Source: Catajapyx aquilonaris (lineage: Eukaryota). From it: 64,000 nt of DNA. How positions within the stretch are numbered: the first letter of the stretch is position 1; every line of letters begins with the position of its first letter. Location: positions 62,001 to 126,000 of the forward strand of contig KZ538030.1 of NCBI GenBank assembly GCA_000934665.2, given 5' to 3'. Both the position numbers and the translations under genes were made by a program. The notes below the pieces were generated by a model. The model did not search any database and was not told the DNA's origin. It saw nothing but the letters and a program-made list of their open reading frames with translations. Below, one piece after another: positions 21,309 through 36,292 of the stretch.

Positions 21309-21365
21309 ATGATCGGTTCATTCTGGAACCTGTGTCGTGCTTGCCCATCAATGCCAGTGGAAAAG
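21309..21365 (+). CDS. MDM1: MDM1/SAXO6-like protein, coding exon 1 (MIGSFWNLCRACPSMPVEK)
   Basis: ATG at 21309, 19 codons, strong phase-0 donor AAG|gtaagg. It joins in frame to the exon at 38399. MPVEK parallels the MPVRFK start of vertebrate MDM1 (recalled from memory, not database-verified). Confidence 0.7.
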
Positions 21366-24300
21366 GTAAGGTTGATATATATTTTGAGAGTGACAAAGTG
21401 AAAAGGACTTTGATGTTTTGATAGAAAAAAATAGTATGGATTTATGGGAGTTGGGATTGATGTCTTTTATAGTCGGGGTTGGAAACTATCGTGAGGGATT
21501 TTTTTTTCTTGTATAAGGGTATGGCTGAGAAGGGGGAAGGGAGGCTATAAAAACAGTTCTTTGCATGTGGTTTTATGAGAGCGTGGCGTTAGAGTGGAAT
21601 ATAGTACTATGGATAGAGCAGTCTATGGATAGAGCAGTGGAAGTTACTACATCATGGGTAACAATGAAGTTATCTCGCTGGGGGGAAAAAAACTCTGCAA
21701 TTGAACGAGGTTTCAAAAATAAATAAATAATTTACAAAGGATGCAACAATCGCATTGTTGCTAAAATATTTGTGGCGTACAAAGCCAACTTGCTCGTTGT
21801 ATCAAATCGCATGAGCATAACCAAGCTGTTTTGTGACAAAGGCTTGGAATCATCATATATTGCATGTGATGTCTGCCTTTTTTTTGAGCAGAAAGGATGT
21901 GGAGTGGGTCCCCAAATGTCAGTTTGGTGCAATTTTTGTCGCGATATTTTTGCGTCGACTGATGTTCCCTGTACGGTACTTCTGACGTTGTATGCCCCAT
22001 TGTTGTGCCATTTATGTCCTGGCAGGTGGCTATAGGATAGTGTGCGATTTATCAACGAAAAGTGGATACAAATGTTATGGAGTACCAGCAGTATACTGGA
22101 AGGGTTCTGCACAAAATTTACCTTGCTGGGATCGTAAAACGTGTTTTCATGTAATTTCTGCCATCATTTCATATGCAATGCACGAGATTCGGTTGCATAT
22201 TAGTTGTTTCAACACTGGACAGATTTTAGGACGAAATAATTGGCAGCAGTCAATCTAAACTTGAAGTTTATGACGGGTCTTTTTGCGTATCCATCTGGGG
22301 TAACATGAAGTCTAGCCAGAAATTCAATCGATTGTAACGAAGTTTAATCAGTTTTTTGTGTGTCCATCGTCAAAAATGTCCCATTAGGATCTTCACGTTT
22401 GTCGATCTATTGGCGCATTATTTTTCGGAGCAAAATTATTCACGTGAGCCTTACACTGTACGTAATATGACAGAAAAGGTTTATAGCCTAATAAGGAAAA
22501 CTTTGATAAAAGGCAAGAGGAAGCAATACACACACAAAAAAAACTGCAATATCGATTTTCTGTCCTTCCGATTTTTGGAAAAAAATTTAGTACGTCATAT
22601 CGAAAGTTTACCAGAAGTCGATTTATGCTCCTGTTATGCAACGTTGCATAATTCCGAGCCCCGCCTTTAGCTTAGATGGAACTTTCCTTCCCATAAATTG
22701 CATGGGAATTAACTTTAACGGTCTACACTACCCCCAAAAACTCTTGCGCTTCGCGTAAATCCGAGGCAATCTTCCTACAAAAAATAAGGTACCAAATGAG
22801 ACCGGAAAGAAACGACTTTTTTTTCCAGAGGTTTTGGCCTGGATATATTGTCCAGCATGGTGCACCCAAAGCTTTTTTTTTAAAAAAAAACAACTATAGT
22901 ACTTATACTTCTTTTGTGTCCATGAAGCTGACAAAGTGGAACACACCAGTGGAGGATCCCTCTTTCTATCGATTTTCGAACAGTCGAACTACTAGAAAGT
23001 CCATTTCGAGTAGTCTTCCAGTCCCGCCAAATGTCCTTGCATCTTAATCTCTGTCATCTAGAGCGAGGGAAAAATAGTTTTTTTTTTTTTTTCTCATGAG
23101 GTTTTGAAGGCTTCGAGTCAGCTGTTCAAAAGTGCGAATGTTTTTTTGCAGGAGAAATGGAGGAGAGAATCGGGACAACAAATTACGAGACATCCATTGC
23201 AGGGATCGAGTTTATAGTTTTTTGCATTATCTGAGCGCATTCGTGCCTGCAATGAGTTTTGGGCGAGAAAGGATTCGTTTTGAGAAAATTTAAACTGAAA
23301 TATTTTATCCAAAATTGCTGTGTTATAGCGAAATAATACTATGATAAAAATATTGGAGTTAACAATAGCAGCTTAACCTGATATTAAAAACTCATGTAGT
23401 GCACACTAATGACAATCCAATTCAAATGCACCGAAATTGAGTACTTCACCTGTAAAATGAAAAGTACTTCATTTGAGTGAATATTGAGGCACGGAATTAC
23501 AATGAAATTCCGAGCCTAATTCCCCAGTGTATGACTGCAAATTAAGGGAAACTTTCGATTGCGTTTAGAGTTGATTAAAACTACATAATTTGATGGGTCC
23601 TCTTAATTTGTGTAGGTGCAACTGAACCCTTTTGAGGTCAATAGTTCAACCCATTTTTAAGGCTAGTTTATCAAAAGTGTCCTTAAAATTTTCACCTGTA
23701 ATAGTGGTAGCTAGTAGTTTTTACAGCTCTTATATAAGTAATTGAGTTATAAGCGGATTGCGACAAATTATTTTTGAAACTGGAACACCCTCAGTTTTTA
23801 ACTGATATGTACACATCGTTACCTGATAGATCATAATATGTATCAGCATTATTTTCCTATGGGACAAGGACTCAATAAGTTATTTTCGCACGGTTTGGGC
23901 CATCCTTGTAAGGTTTTTTGGCGCAATATTGGCGCAATATTGGCTCCTTCTAGTTATTCGATAGCGGCCTCGATCCCTTTACACAGGGTGGTACACTGCC
24001 CAAGTCATGAGTTCAACAAGCAGGTAGAATAATAAGACAGATTGTTCACTCCATCAACCAGCAGAAGTCATACGCATTTTGCTCATTTCTAAACTGGGTG
24101 CTGGAGTCAATAATTTTTCATTGCCCGTATGTTACACTGGGGACATGGAAAGTGTATCACCCTGTAGTAGTGAGAATCGGTCTGGGAATTGGAATCGACG
24201 CCATGGGGAATAGTGTAGGTAACACCTAAGGCCGAAGAGAGCCTTCCTAATCGGCAACAGGGATTTATTTCCAGATATTTTTTTTGCTTTTGTTTCCAGC

Positions 24301-27300
24301 AGGGTGCGAAACTTTCATCTTTAAGTCATGGCGAGAAATATTGGCTAAAAAAGTTTTGCAAACGCCCGTTTACTGAGGAGGCGTCCAGAAGAAAAAGAGA
24401 GAGAGAGAGAAAAAAAAAATGGGAACCATTTCCGGAATGGAAATATTTTGAGAGCTTGCCTTATACGCTTTTGGAAGCAACTTTGGTAAAGTTTTGGGGG
24501 TATTAGACGGCGAGAAATTTGACAGCCACATGGCCGCAAATGGATGAGCATGATCAAAGTGGCCTGGTTAACTTCATTTGGGCTAACTATATACCGACTG
24601 GAAGCTGATTGGGACCCCCTATCAAAAGACACCTATGCGAAACACTATCCCCCCCCCCCTCCTCGGTATCTAATAGTCCTATTCCCTGGCATGATTTCCT
24701 GGAGAACTTCATTTCTTCGATTCGATTACCCCTGGTGATGGAAACCGTCGACAAGAGTTAGTTGGCTAGAGTCCTGGGCCCCACCATTTTCTTCATGGAA
24801 AATGAAATGAAATCTCTCCGCGGATTGAGTTTCACCCTTCAGGGATTCACGATCTGCTAGACTTTTGTGGAACTTGAAACGGTTCTAGATGCAAATCAAA
24901 GAGAATTTGAAAAAAAAGGAGTGTTTGATACGGATGGTTCGTTTCCCAGCATGGTGTTAAATTTTTTTCGTTTTTTTTTTTTTCAATCTTGCTTTCTGGC
25001 ACAGGCTTGGTTCGTAACTTGGTCGAATCCTGACAGATGCTTCACCTGCTGAGAAGGGATCTGAAGCGATCGAAAGCCTGTTCCAAGTATGACCAGATTC
25101 CATAAGCTGCGACATATTGCAGGGATTGGGTTTAACCAATCGCGAAACCGTGGTAATAGCCAAACATCTGCTGGAATCATAAAATATATAGGCCGTAAGA
25201 GTTTTAAAAAAATGAGTAATTCCACATTGCACTGAAATTGTAAAATGCATAAATCATTTCATGCATTAAAAGTAACTTCATAAGCACAATGCAGTGTATA
25301 TACCTTAGTGATTATTTTTATGCATTTAGAGCTTGAACTATAGTGTAGCATGTACAGTACACCAAATTGCATGAAATTATTCGATGATGTCGAACCGAAT
25401 TTCCTGGATCAATCGGCCATTCGCTGCAAAAATGTGCACAAATGGCAGTGGAATAACAAATGACGCTTGCCTTTGAATTTGGCGAAAATGTTTGCCCCTT
25501 TTTGCAAAGAGAGAAGAGTGGGAGCAGTTTGAAATTACTATTTCCAATCCGTGCCAATGCAGAGGATTCCCTTACCTATTCATAGACGGAATCCATTCGT
25601 TTGAAATGGGAAGCAAATATTAGCTTGAATCTAGGAGGCAAGGGAACTAAGCCTCCAAACTCGTCCCAGAATTTTAAGCACTTTCCTCTCCAGCTTGGCT
25701 AAACTAAATCAGCAAAAACGTCCCTTCTTTTCCTCTGTCCAAGTGAAAAACTCAAGGGGGGGAAAAAAGTGCATTTCGAGAATGGAAGATAAATAAAATA
25801 AAGGAAATAAAAAAGAACAAAAAAAAAGTGCTGGGGTTCGGAATACCAATCTTGAGATATTTGAGCCGGAAGTGATGTATGCTTACGTTGGCAAAGAACA
25901 AACTTTTTTAGGGGAGGCCAGTTATTGGCTGGCAGCCTGGAAAATTGGTCGAAAAGTTTTTGAAATGCATTTTCGGGGGGAAAGAGTTATTAAGCCACTA
26001 CGCAAACACAACAAATAGTCCAGACCCGATTGCAAACTAAGCTGCTTATTCCTAAGCAGTTACTTATAGATAATACTGCAAATAGTTGAATGCGCATCAA
26101 GAAAATTTTTGGACAAATATGCAACTACCTGCACTCAATGTGAATTTTTCCATACTCTTCACTTTGTTAAAGTCATCGTGGTTATCAAAATAATTGAAAA
26201 CAAATATTCGTCATTGAGTGGATTTTTAAAACTGAAACAGTCACCTGAACTTTACATAGACTATATAAATGACTTAAGTGATTCAGTCATTGGTTGATTT
26301 TTTTTTTTTTTTGAAGGGCCAACTTGAGCCACGCCCCATTTGACAGCGCGGTTCCGGCAATGTGTCACATAATTCGATTCGATGCTGTGGGATGCGACAC
26401 GTGGAATGAATCAGGGCTGCGGTCATGGAACCCCGTGTATAACAAACATTTTCCAAACCAATCCGTACAATAGGTTTGAAAATCTAACGAAAAAAAAATA
26501 CATAACACTGCCACTCAGTTGTTGTGGTTTTGCTTTTTTAAAAGAACCGGTCCACTGAGCATCATTGTAGTGGACAAAACACAAAAATTTCAAGCACATT
26601 GTGCTGCACTGCAAGTTATGCACATGCAAATTTGTGTCCCAGTTTTTTTTTTTGCGTTGTAATCTAATCTTCTCCGCAAAACCAGGCCTATTTCTGCAGT
26701 CGCCTCTAATGTATTTACGTGCCTTTGAGACCATCACGGTACGCATAAATATGGGAAGGGAAGCGTGCTTGCTTCACATAGAGCTGTTCTCTCTCTCCGG
26801 GTGTAATTTTGAATTCGTGCCAACACTCTACGTTGTTTATTGTTGCATAACGCATTACCAGAATTTGCATAGTTTTTGCTCGAGATCTGTCCACTTGTGT
26901 CAACATAAGATTGTTCCATCCGAGTTGGCTTATTTATCATATCAGGATGTTGACACTTGACACTACTTTCTGTGAGGTCTCCACAGTTGTAATAAATAAA
27001 ATAAAATAATTAAAAACATGAAGCAAACAACTTACTCATACGGTCCTTGAACAGTGCACAACCCTGCATAATTTTTTAGCTGACTCAACTAACAAACATC
27101 GTTTGATCTTACCTTAATTACTTCCTAGCCCTGAATCCGACACCAATTTCAAGCCTCCCCCCTGCTGTGAAACTCTGGTTTCGCCTTAAGGCTTAAAATA
27201 TATTCTACCATATTAGCAACCTCACCCTCTGGAGGATCAGTCGATGTATTTCAAGAGACAGGTGGATTTATCTTGCTCCAAGAAAAAGCAAGAGAGAGAA

Positions 27301-28034
27301 AAAAACTAAGACTCTGCTGGAAAAAAAGCATTTTTTCTCTTTGTCTGGACACGCCGTGTCCGTTTCCAGACTTCTTTATTCTGCTGGAAAAGATTGGGTC
27401 GTCTCTTAAAAGATGCTGTGGAAAGAATTCCGTTGATTGTGTCAGGCATGTATCTAACGGGGAAAAAATGGTTACACACACACAAAAAAAATAATCGATC
27501 TGTTCACCCCCTTTCAAAATGTGCCTGCAGAAGGGGGTTATCGACCCTAGCAACACTAGGGGATGGGAGGTAACACTGACGCGCTTATTAAACCAGCCTT
27601 TAGATCCCAAACTGCATGGGAAAAGGAGGGGTTGGCTGGCTGTAAGGGAAAGGGCGAAAACCTTATCATCTGAGCCACTTTCCAGCTTCAGTTTCCATCT
27701 CGAGGTCCTTCCGGAACATTAATATGCCTAATAAATGTCCCGGTGAAATGTGTGCCAGTCGACTGCCAAACCCATTGGATAAGATGCAAAGAAATTTTAT
27801 TTTGTGGGACTGGAAAGAAAATGGGGGAAATTTCTTTATGGACTGAACATGTAGCATAAGTGCTTGAAACATTTTGTATGCAAATTTTATATTAATTCAC
27901 TGAAAACTTGGAGTGCATTATTTTATTCACTTGGCAACTAACAAGTGGGATAGGTGAATAATATTTCTCTTGTTCATTGTAATTAATTAATGCATAAAAT
28001 GAGCACTGAGTGCATATTTTGATACGTGAACTAA

Positions 28035-28241
28035 AAATGTTGCATTCTAAAAATTCATTGACAATATTGCATTTTAAAAATTCATTGAAAAAATTGCATT
28101 TTAAAAATTCATTGAAAAAATTGCATTTTAAAACCCCGTTGACAATATTGCATTTTAAAAATTTATTGAAGAAATTGCATTTTAAAAATTCATTGACAAT
28201 ATTGCATTGAAAAAATTGCATTTTAAAAACTCAGTGAAAAA
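28035..28241. repeat. 27-bp AT-rich minisatellite, about 7 copies
   Basis: Consensus AATATTGCATTTTAAAAATTCATTGAC/A. It explains the repetitive ORFs 27892..28221 and 28010..28210. Confidence 0.92.
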
Positions 28242-31200
28242 GTTTGATTTCAAATTAACACATGTGAATAAAAATTGCATATATTGAAATGAATTAAAAT
28301 ATAAATGGAAAGATTCGCCTTTCCCAGTTGTAAGTTGGCAACAGATTAAAATAATTTACTCCATGTTTTCAGTGTTGTAACTACTGCAAAACTTAATCTT
28401 CAGACACTAAGAATTTCACCACAAAGTCAGTGCATTTGCTTCACAGTTCGCGTCCAAATTGAGCAAACCAATTACTTTGCAAGACTGGAGCTTCCACCAG
28501 TTGTTTTCTAAGCGGGGCCTTACAGTAATTTTGCCAGTTGAGTTGGATTCGGAATGCAGGCAACGTCTGCATTTTCTTTTTTCTTTTTAAACCCCCTGCA
28601 TAAGCTCTGTATGGACGATGCTCCTACCGAACACTGTATGGCCCCAGTTGTATTTGCCTACTTCGTAATGATTGCTGCGGGTAAGCCTCGAAAACACAGA
28701 GCAGTAATATTGCAGCAGCTTGTGGCCGAGAACCCAAAAAAAGGGGGGGTTATTGAGCTTTTCTCTGAACTGGTTTGGAGCCCAGTCCTGTCGGTATATC
28801 CATGTGGAGCCCTTTGCACCACTGATGGTATACCGTCAGGTTTAACGGATTGTTATCAGGACCGGTATCCTGACTATTCCGAACCACCAATCCGGCTGGT
28901 CTGTTCGCAGGGTTGCTTACAGTACAGGATAAGTGGTACAACCGACCTTATTATTATACTGTATATTATTATATATAATAATACATTGGTAGTTGAAGAT
29001 TGTTAAAATATTAGCTGTCTTATATGTTCATTTGGAGCTTTCTCATGTGTGACAGACTGAGGTCGGATTGGATCAGAGAGACCTTATTGCTGCGGGCCCT
29101 TTAATTTCGAGGTTGGATGCCTACTAGGGAAGTGGTCTAGACTTGCAAAGCCTTCATCCAGCAATCGAGGTAAACCGCGGAAGAGATCTGACCTGACAAG
29201 TATGCCCCTTCGACCTTAAACGCCACTGGGTTGCATCACTCTTTAACAGGCCCGAGTAACGAATGGTGCACTTTACTAATGCAATCCAAGGAACCGATAT
29301 TAAAAGCCGCGATCCCTCAGGCATTGAAGATAAAAGAAAAAGGACCGAATAAATGCAACCCCCTTTGGTGACAGGAAATGGAGACAAATTCTTTTACACC
29401 TGAAGAGCACAGATGGTAATAATATCCGCACCAAAATCCTCAAAGGACTTTTTTTCTTCCCTTACAGTGCAAAAAGAGGGCTTTTTTTGAGACACATTCT
29501 TGGATCGATATGAGAGTAATCGAAGCCTGGGACACTTTGTCTTGTCTCCGCAGCTTCCTATTCAGCTCATTCTAGAACGGATGAAAATCAAAAGCACTGT
29601 TCATTTTCGAAAATTAATGCCCCAGTTTTTTTTAGGGGGGTAGGATGGGAGGTAAAAGCTGTTCTAATGGAATTGAGCGCTTGGGAGTGACGGATAGAAT
29701 GCAAATTGGGTGGGACTGCGTCGAATGTGTCTCTTGTCGAGTCGAGGGATCGGTGTACATCGCTGGGTGTAAATCAGGCGCAATTGGAGGGCCATTGTTA
29801 TACGTACAGAGTGGGCCAATATGGAAGAAACACTGCTCACATAGGTGATTTTTCATCTTTAATAATTTACACTGTCATTTCTTTGTCAAATTATAGGGCT
29901 GACAATAATGAAAAATATACTGTTGTGTAATATTCAATCATAGATTTTCATCTAATTTTCTTAAGTTGGGCATGACCTGAAGAAAATTCGCCATTATCAG
30001 CAGCTAATATTTTAGCTTAACTGGCTTAATAACAAGCAAGCCCCCCAACACATTTGCAACTGTGTACACTTAAATTGAAACCTGTACTTTGCATGCAGGG
30101 CAGGAGGTATGACTTACGAGTATTACTTTCTGTGTACGGACCAGGGTATGGTCGTTATCTCAGAATGGCAGTGCAAGCGTCATACACAGGGGGTCATAAA
30201 TGTGGGTGATCGATGCCAAAGGGCACCTGCTATTATGTGGCGTAATCTGCATGTAAGCCCAAACTTTTTTGGCGCAAATAACCCGGGTTACTATCTGAGT
30301 TTCGCGCCAGGGTTAGTAATAATATGCTGGTGTAATTATAACAAAAGTCATTTTATTTATTTTTGAGCCACCATAGCTTAGAATGTTCCTCCATGTGAAT
30401 CAGACCATTGTTATGTGGTGTGTGCATTTTTTGGGGGACAAAATTAACAGTGTGTTGAATTTAATGAAATAATTTTGGCTGATTATAGCTTTGATGGGCG
30501 GATATAATTACAACTTAATTTAATGCAACCTGTACCACCTTGTAGCCTCACACAGCTCGACGCGTCCAACTCAAACTAGAAACGGGGACGATGCAGCTGT
30601 AGTTTTTGGCAAGGTGACCCTGGTCACGAGCTATCAACCATCAAGCAGTCTGGAAATGGGGGTATGGGGAGCTAGAGTTGGTGGAGGGGTGTTGGTTGGG
30701 TATAAGGATCGATGCCTTTATACCATCCTGGGGCTGAAATAGCGTCTGCTCCCAACAATTCTGCACTGCGGATTCATGTGAATGAACCCCCCTACCCACC
30801 CCCTTGGAGGTGTGCCTGACAACCTTAACTTCACAACTTTTCCTCCAAAGGCCATATTTTTTATTACATGGTCCTTCAGGGGGAGGAAAATGCATAATAT
30901 GAAGTGTTGTTGTGAATATGTAGCCTACAATTTTTTTGACTCCAATCTATAGTAGTTATTTTCACCTGCTGATCGTAAACCTAATATTTCCTTCTTACTG
31001 CTACAAGCTACATAAGCAGAATTTATATGGTCCCAAGGCTTCCTTTGTATGTCGGGGGGCCACCCTGTATATTACACGACAGGGGAGAGCTCCTGTGGGA
31101 GACATCGCATCTTCCAGGAAGGAACGCCCTTACATGCATCCCGCGGAACAAAATAGAGGCCTAATTCTGTGAGCTTCTCAAAATAAAATTTATCTTCTTT

Positions 31201-33671
31201 CTCCCAGCGAAGGCAGTAAACCCGAAGACAAACGAGTTTTTTTTTGGCCCATGTTCGCCTCGGTTCGGACCCCCCAACAAGGAGAGGATTATGGGATAGA
31301 AAAAAGAAAAGAGACGCTTCCAGGCTCTATTATGGACTGTGGGGGGAAACGGTGGAAAACTGAAATTGAAAAATTTTAATGTATTCATATTAGATTTTGT
31401 GTGTGTTAAGGGATGGAAGACGTTCATGTTTATTTTAATGCGAGTATTTTGAGAGGCATTTTTTAACACCTGACCTTCCTCTTTTATTGGAAGCTACAAT
31501 GTTGAATAGGCAGATGCATAATGCATGTGCATGTGAATAATGCATTGACATGCGAAAGGTGAATGTGATGGGCTAAAAATAATATATAGGTCGAATTGAT
31601 ACCGCTGACATATGAATGAGTCAGCAGCTTATTTTTCCACCTCGATCCACTTTTAACATGTGCCAATATTACATATCTATACAAACGGTTCAGATTTTAA
31701 TTAGCTGATCAGTAATGTCCGATTGTACAGCTGCTGTTGGTTGAAATTTTTCTTATTTTCATGTCACTTTTCTTTGGCTTTGCTCGAACCCTGTTTCCTT
31801 GGCGTTATCCCGTGACACATAAGTCATTTCCGATGTTACATTGACTTCTCCCGCGTTCAAATGCAGCTCTGAATTCATAATGGCGTCTGTCTGGTTCGAT
31901 GAACTCTGCCTCGCCTCCGGACCTGGCAGACTTCGAAAAAAACACCATATATTTCTGCTGGAAGACCTCGCATTTTCTGAAACATTAATATCTGGCTGGA
32001 AATAGTTCCTTCTGGCCGCGGTTGAGTGACGTTGAACCTTCCGCACTAGACAAGTCATATCTGCAGCGATGTGATTCGTGGGTCATGTTGCATTAATTAC
32101 TGGGGTAAAACGTGTCAGAGGCGAACAATTACAAACTGGACGCGTCCCATTGTCAAAGTAAAGCACCGCCTGCTGCTCAGATGTGCAGCCAGATGACAGT
32201 TTGTTGTCAGGGGCACAACGACTCCGAAGGTTCTGAATTGCGGTTTGGGGGACGATACTGCATTGCATTCGCTCTAAATTCAAATGAGGGTGATTTTAAT
32301 CTGAAATAATAACTCGATGTGTATCTACTGCGATGGATGGCTGCTCTGTTCTGCGGCTGGTTGATGATCGAAAATGTATAGGCTGGGACTTAATGGCGGG
32401 GATCTGGTGCGTATTGAAGGCGTAATTGCAAAAGGCATTACAGTATCTACATTCAGAACTATTTTAAAAACTTGTTCATTTCAATTTATACGAGTTATTA
32501 GGTACTAGCAAGCACTCAAAAAATCTGAGTGGACTAATAAGTAAAGTTTGCATTAAAGAAATAATTATGTATTTTCCCCCCAGAGATTGAAGTTCATTTT
32601 TCATACTTCAGAAAAACACTGAATAAATTTTTGGAGGAATAACATCTTTCCTTCCCAAAAATCAACAGTGGTTCCAAAGGTATGAAAACACCCGATCCCA
32701 TCTGTTGAAACAATGCCAACCTAAATATAAATATTGATTATCTGCTTTCATATCAACATGGAAGAATTATTTTGGGACCAGTTTATTTCTACATGCTGAT
32801 AACCAATTTGTATTTTTATGCAGCACTATACTCTGAGGCGACTAATGGTTTTTAAAATTTACTGATGGTCGCATCCTCAGTGTATCACGCTTTTAAAAAA
32901 TAGTCATATGCCTACAAATATGCTCAAAAATTTAAAAGCAAGTCGGGTGCATTTAATCCGAAGTGTTGCAATATGAAAAACCCTTTTTGGTACTCAGTGC
33001 TGCGAACATATTAAGCGACACCGCAACCACGTGAAGTACATGTTGGGCCACAATTTATTAATGGTTGTTGAGAGCTCGTAGCGATAGCCAAACACTTTTA
33101 ATATGAATTGATGCCAGCAATGGCGGGGCTTGTAAGTACCTGGCCCTCCCCAGCATTACCAAGAGCCGCCATCATCGACTCCTGGCACGTAATACTGTAT
33201 TGGAGCGCACAGAGTCTGTGAATGAAATATGGCCTCCAGATTAATAATGCATGATCGGCTGCACGAAAGTAGGTTTATTCTTTAATGATAGGAGGGCCCT
33301 AGAATAGAGGTATTTTTGAAACACCAGTTGCAGCCGGTACGACGTGATTTATCAAACGTCTCTTTTACACCATGTTTTTTTAGTACGCTCCGCCCAGTTT
33401 GTTGGCAATGTGGCAACAATCAGAATGGATGTGATCGCCTGCATTATGGGCAGTCAATATTACCGGACCGTTCAAATATTTACTATCAATTTGGCGCGTT
33501 ATATAGAAATTATTCGGCACCCAAATTAATTGGCTGCGCAACCGATCATCAGAATTGGTTTGTATTGCTCCCTAATTTACTGTGCAATTGATCATATATG
33601 GCAGGCCCAGGATGTAGGCTACTTTACATGACAAGAACTGAAGAAGAAATGATACCAGAATAATCATCTTG

Positions 33672-33863
33672 AAAATATTTACAAAAAATAATTTCCAATA
33701 CTTGAGAGAATTCACGATACTTACACTGATATGAAATTATTCGCAATATTTGCAAGAAAAGTAATTCACAGTATTTGCAAGAAAAATAGTTAACAACATT
33801 TACAATAAATAATTGACAATATTTACAGCAAATAATTGACAATATTTACAAGCACTAATTTCC
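33672..33863. repeat. Degenerate ~23-25-bp AT-rich minisatellite
   Basis: Recurring AATATTT(A/G)CAAG..AAATAATT(G/C)AC units, about 8 copies. Confidence 0.75.
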
Positions 33864-36292
33864 AAAAATTTCAACAAATTAATAATTAAATTGTGTTATA
33901 CTAGTATAGCCAAAAGGACAATTATTGTACAAATTACCTTAAGCATCAGCTCAATTTTTTATTTGGCCGGATCAGTCTTCAGTCGCATTTCACGCCATTT
34001 CTCTCCCGCATGAAAAGACGTCTAACTGCTCCCTGCCAATCTTGAATCGCAAACTTTTTTTTTCCCTTCCATACCAAAAAGTGTTATGAAAAGTTTCCTC
34101 CGGTTTCTCCTTCCCACGTCCGGCTTCCTGACGAATGATTGGCAACTTGTGAACCTTTCCAGCTAAACTTGATGGCTGTATATGGACTCTCGGTTTATTC
34201 ATCCCTTCCAAAAAAAAATGCCTCTCAAATTTCTTCCGTCCTTCACATTTTTTTTTTAGAAGGCTAGAAACAACTTTAAGTCGGACTCTGGAAAAGCATC
34301 TTGGCAATTCCAAACTTATTCCAAGCTGAGTCTGGTGGGTGGGAAGGGGTTTTAGATTGACGTGGCCCCTACCCTTCTCTCTTAGGTTTCCAAGCGTAAA
34401 ATGGCTCCCTTTGCCTGGAAGGGCAGAGCGATAAGCAGGCCTCAAAGAGAGGGTGTCAATGAGGAATTTCTCTGTGTTTTGCGCATCCCCAACGGGCAGG
34501 AACTTGGGGTTGTATCGAAGGAGAAAATGGGGGCGTCTGCTAGAAACTGAGGTGAAGATGAACACAGTGCTGGATGTATGTATATACTGTAGTTTCTAAG
34601 GGTCGGTTTTATATTTTATTAGAGCACTGCAGGTTGGACCTGCAAAACTGGTTGTAAACACGCGGATATCCAGACGGTAATGGCTGACCTAGGGAGGAAA
34701 ACAGCAGCCATTTTTCTGGACCAAATTGATATCTGGAGAGGTCATTTCGGGCCAAATGTTCGCGTTTCCTGCTGATGCCAGGAAAAAATCGAAGCCAATT
34801 TGCGTTTACAGTATGTTGTTACATGAACCTTATTGGAGTCAAGTTGGCTACAGTGTGGATTTTTAAAGTGACAAATTGGGCACTTAATTATTATTCCAGT
34901 TTGTTACGTGCCCAGACATGCCTAGCGTCCTATATGTAGGACACTAGTGTTAGATTTTTAGCAATTATGTTCATTTGCTTTCTGCAAGTACCTGACCAGG
35001 CTGTAGACGTTGTGAGGGTAACGAGGACCTCCTCGTTATTCGCTGACTGCCCATTATAGGGAAATATGTTGTGACGACGATGATGCCCATTTGCTTCAAA
35101 AATAGTTTAAAAATACCAAAAAACCATTCAGGCATTGAATTTATCCTGAAAGCTAGTCTGCCCTGCGAGCAAAAGAGCCTCATGGATGGCCCTGAATAGT
35201 CAGGATAAAACCAGTTGAAGTTAGCAACATCCTTCGTCCATTCTCGTTATCCTAGAAACTATACACTTACGTGGGTATATATCAGGATAAGCCCACTTTT
35301 TCTCTCCCAAATCTATTGCAATCAGCACTCCAGCTCTCAGAGTGATATATAGCAACCTAGCACTATGTGTGTAATCTGGGACCTTTCAGCAGTCTAGTAT
35401 AAAGGGATTTAAAAAACTGGTGTAGGTCAATACAGGAAGCGTTCACTATTAATCTGCTGCGAAATCCGATTACTCTTACTCCAGACTGATAGCAGATGGG
35501 GAAAAAACCGTATCACGGAATCTGCTATTCCAGCTTTGGCGTGATATAATCCTCATTATCTTTAACTTTAATGCATAGGCGTATTTGGATGGAATTGAGC
35601 GTGGCAGACAAAACATGCAACAAAAGTTTGAGAGAGAGAGAAAGAGGGGGGGGGGGATTCTAGATTAATTCGTGGCAGTATAAAAACAGCACGCGACTGA
35701 TGTAATCGTTGGAGTCTTTTTTTAGCCACCGCTTTCGGGCATGAAAAGTGTTGAATGAGCCCTTTTTGTATGGATGTTAACGTTTTGCTCTAAAATTACT
35801 GGGGAGGCCAGAGCTATGTTAACATATAGCTATGAAATAATGTAATTGACGCCGCATCAGATAACATTACGCAGCCGTTTAGGCCTACAGTTCGCCAGTC
35901 CATAAAAAGTGTGCACACAAATTACTCAAAAAGTTCGTGTATTTCCAACCCTGAAGTCAATAATCCAATCACGTTCGTTACTCTACAGAGTTGGAAATAC
36001 TGGTTTGGAGCAGTGATAGATTTTCATGATTTGTCATGGGTATAATCCTACATTTCTATATTAATTTGATTATTTTATTAGATTTTTTCTTATCAAAAAA
36101 CGTCTGTCCGTCTGTGGACAGGTATGAAGACCTAAACAACAAGAGATAGGTCTCATGGCTAACTTCCGGATTTCCTGGTTCACTGTATCCCCCAAATTCA
36201 AGTCTATATGATTTTTTTAAAAAAATATTAGGTTACTTGACAACGAGAAGACTGACAACATTCTATCATGAGAGGCGCAAACATTCGATTTC

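Noticed and set aside
27892..28221. Repetitive ORFs (KCNFFNEFL / LHFKNSL repeats)
   Set aside because: Translation of the 27-bp minisatellite. Not a CRISPR array either, since there are no unique spacers.
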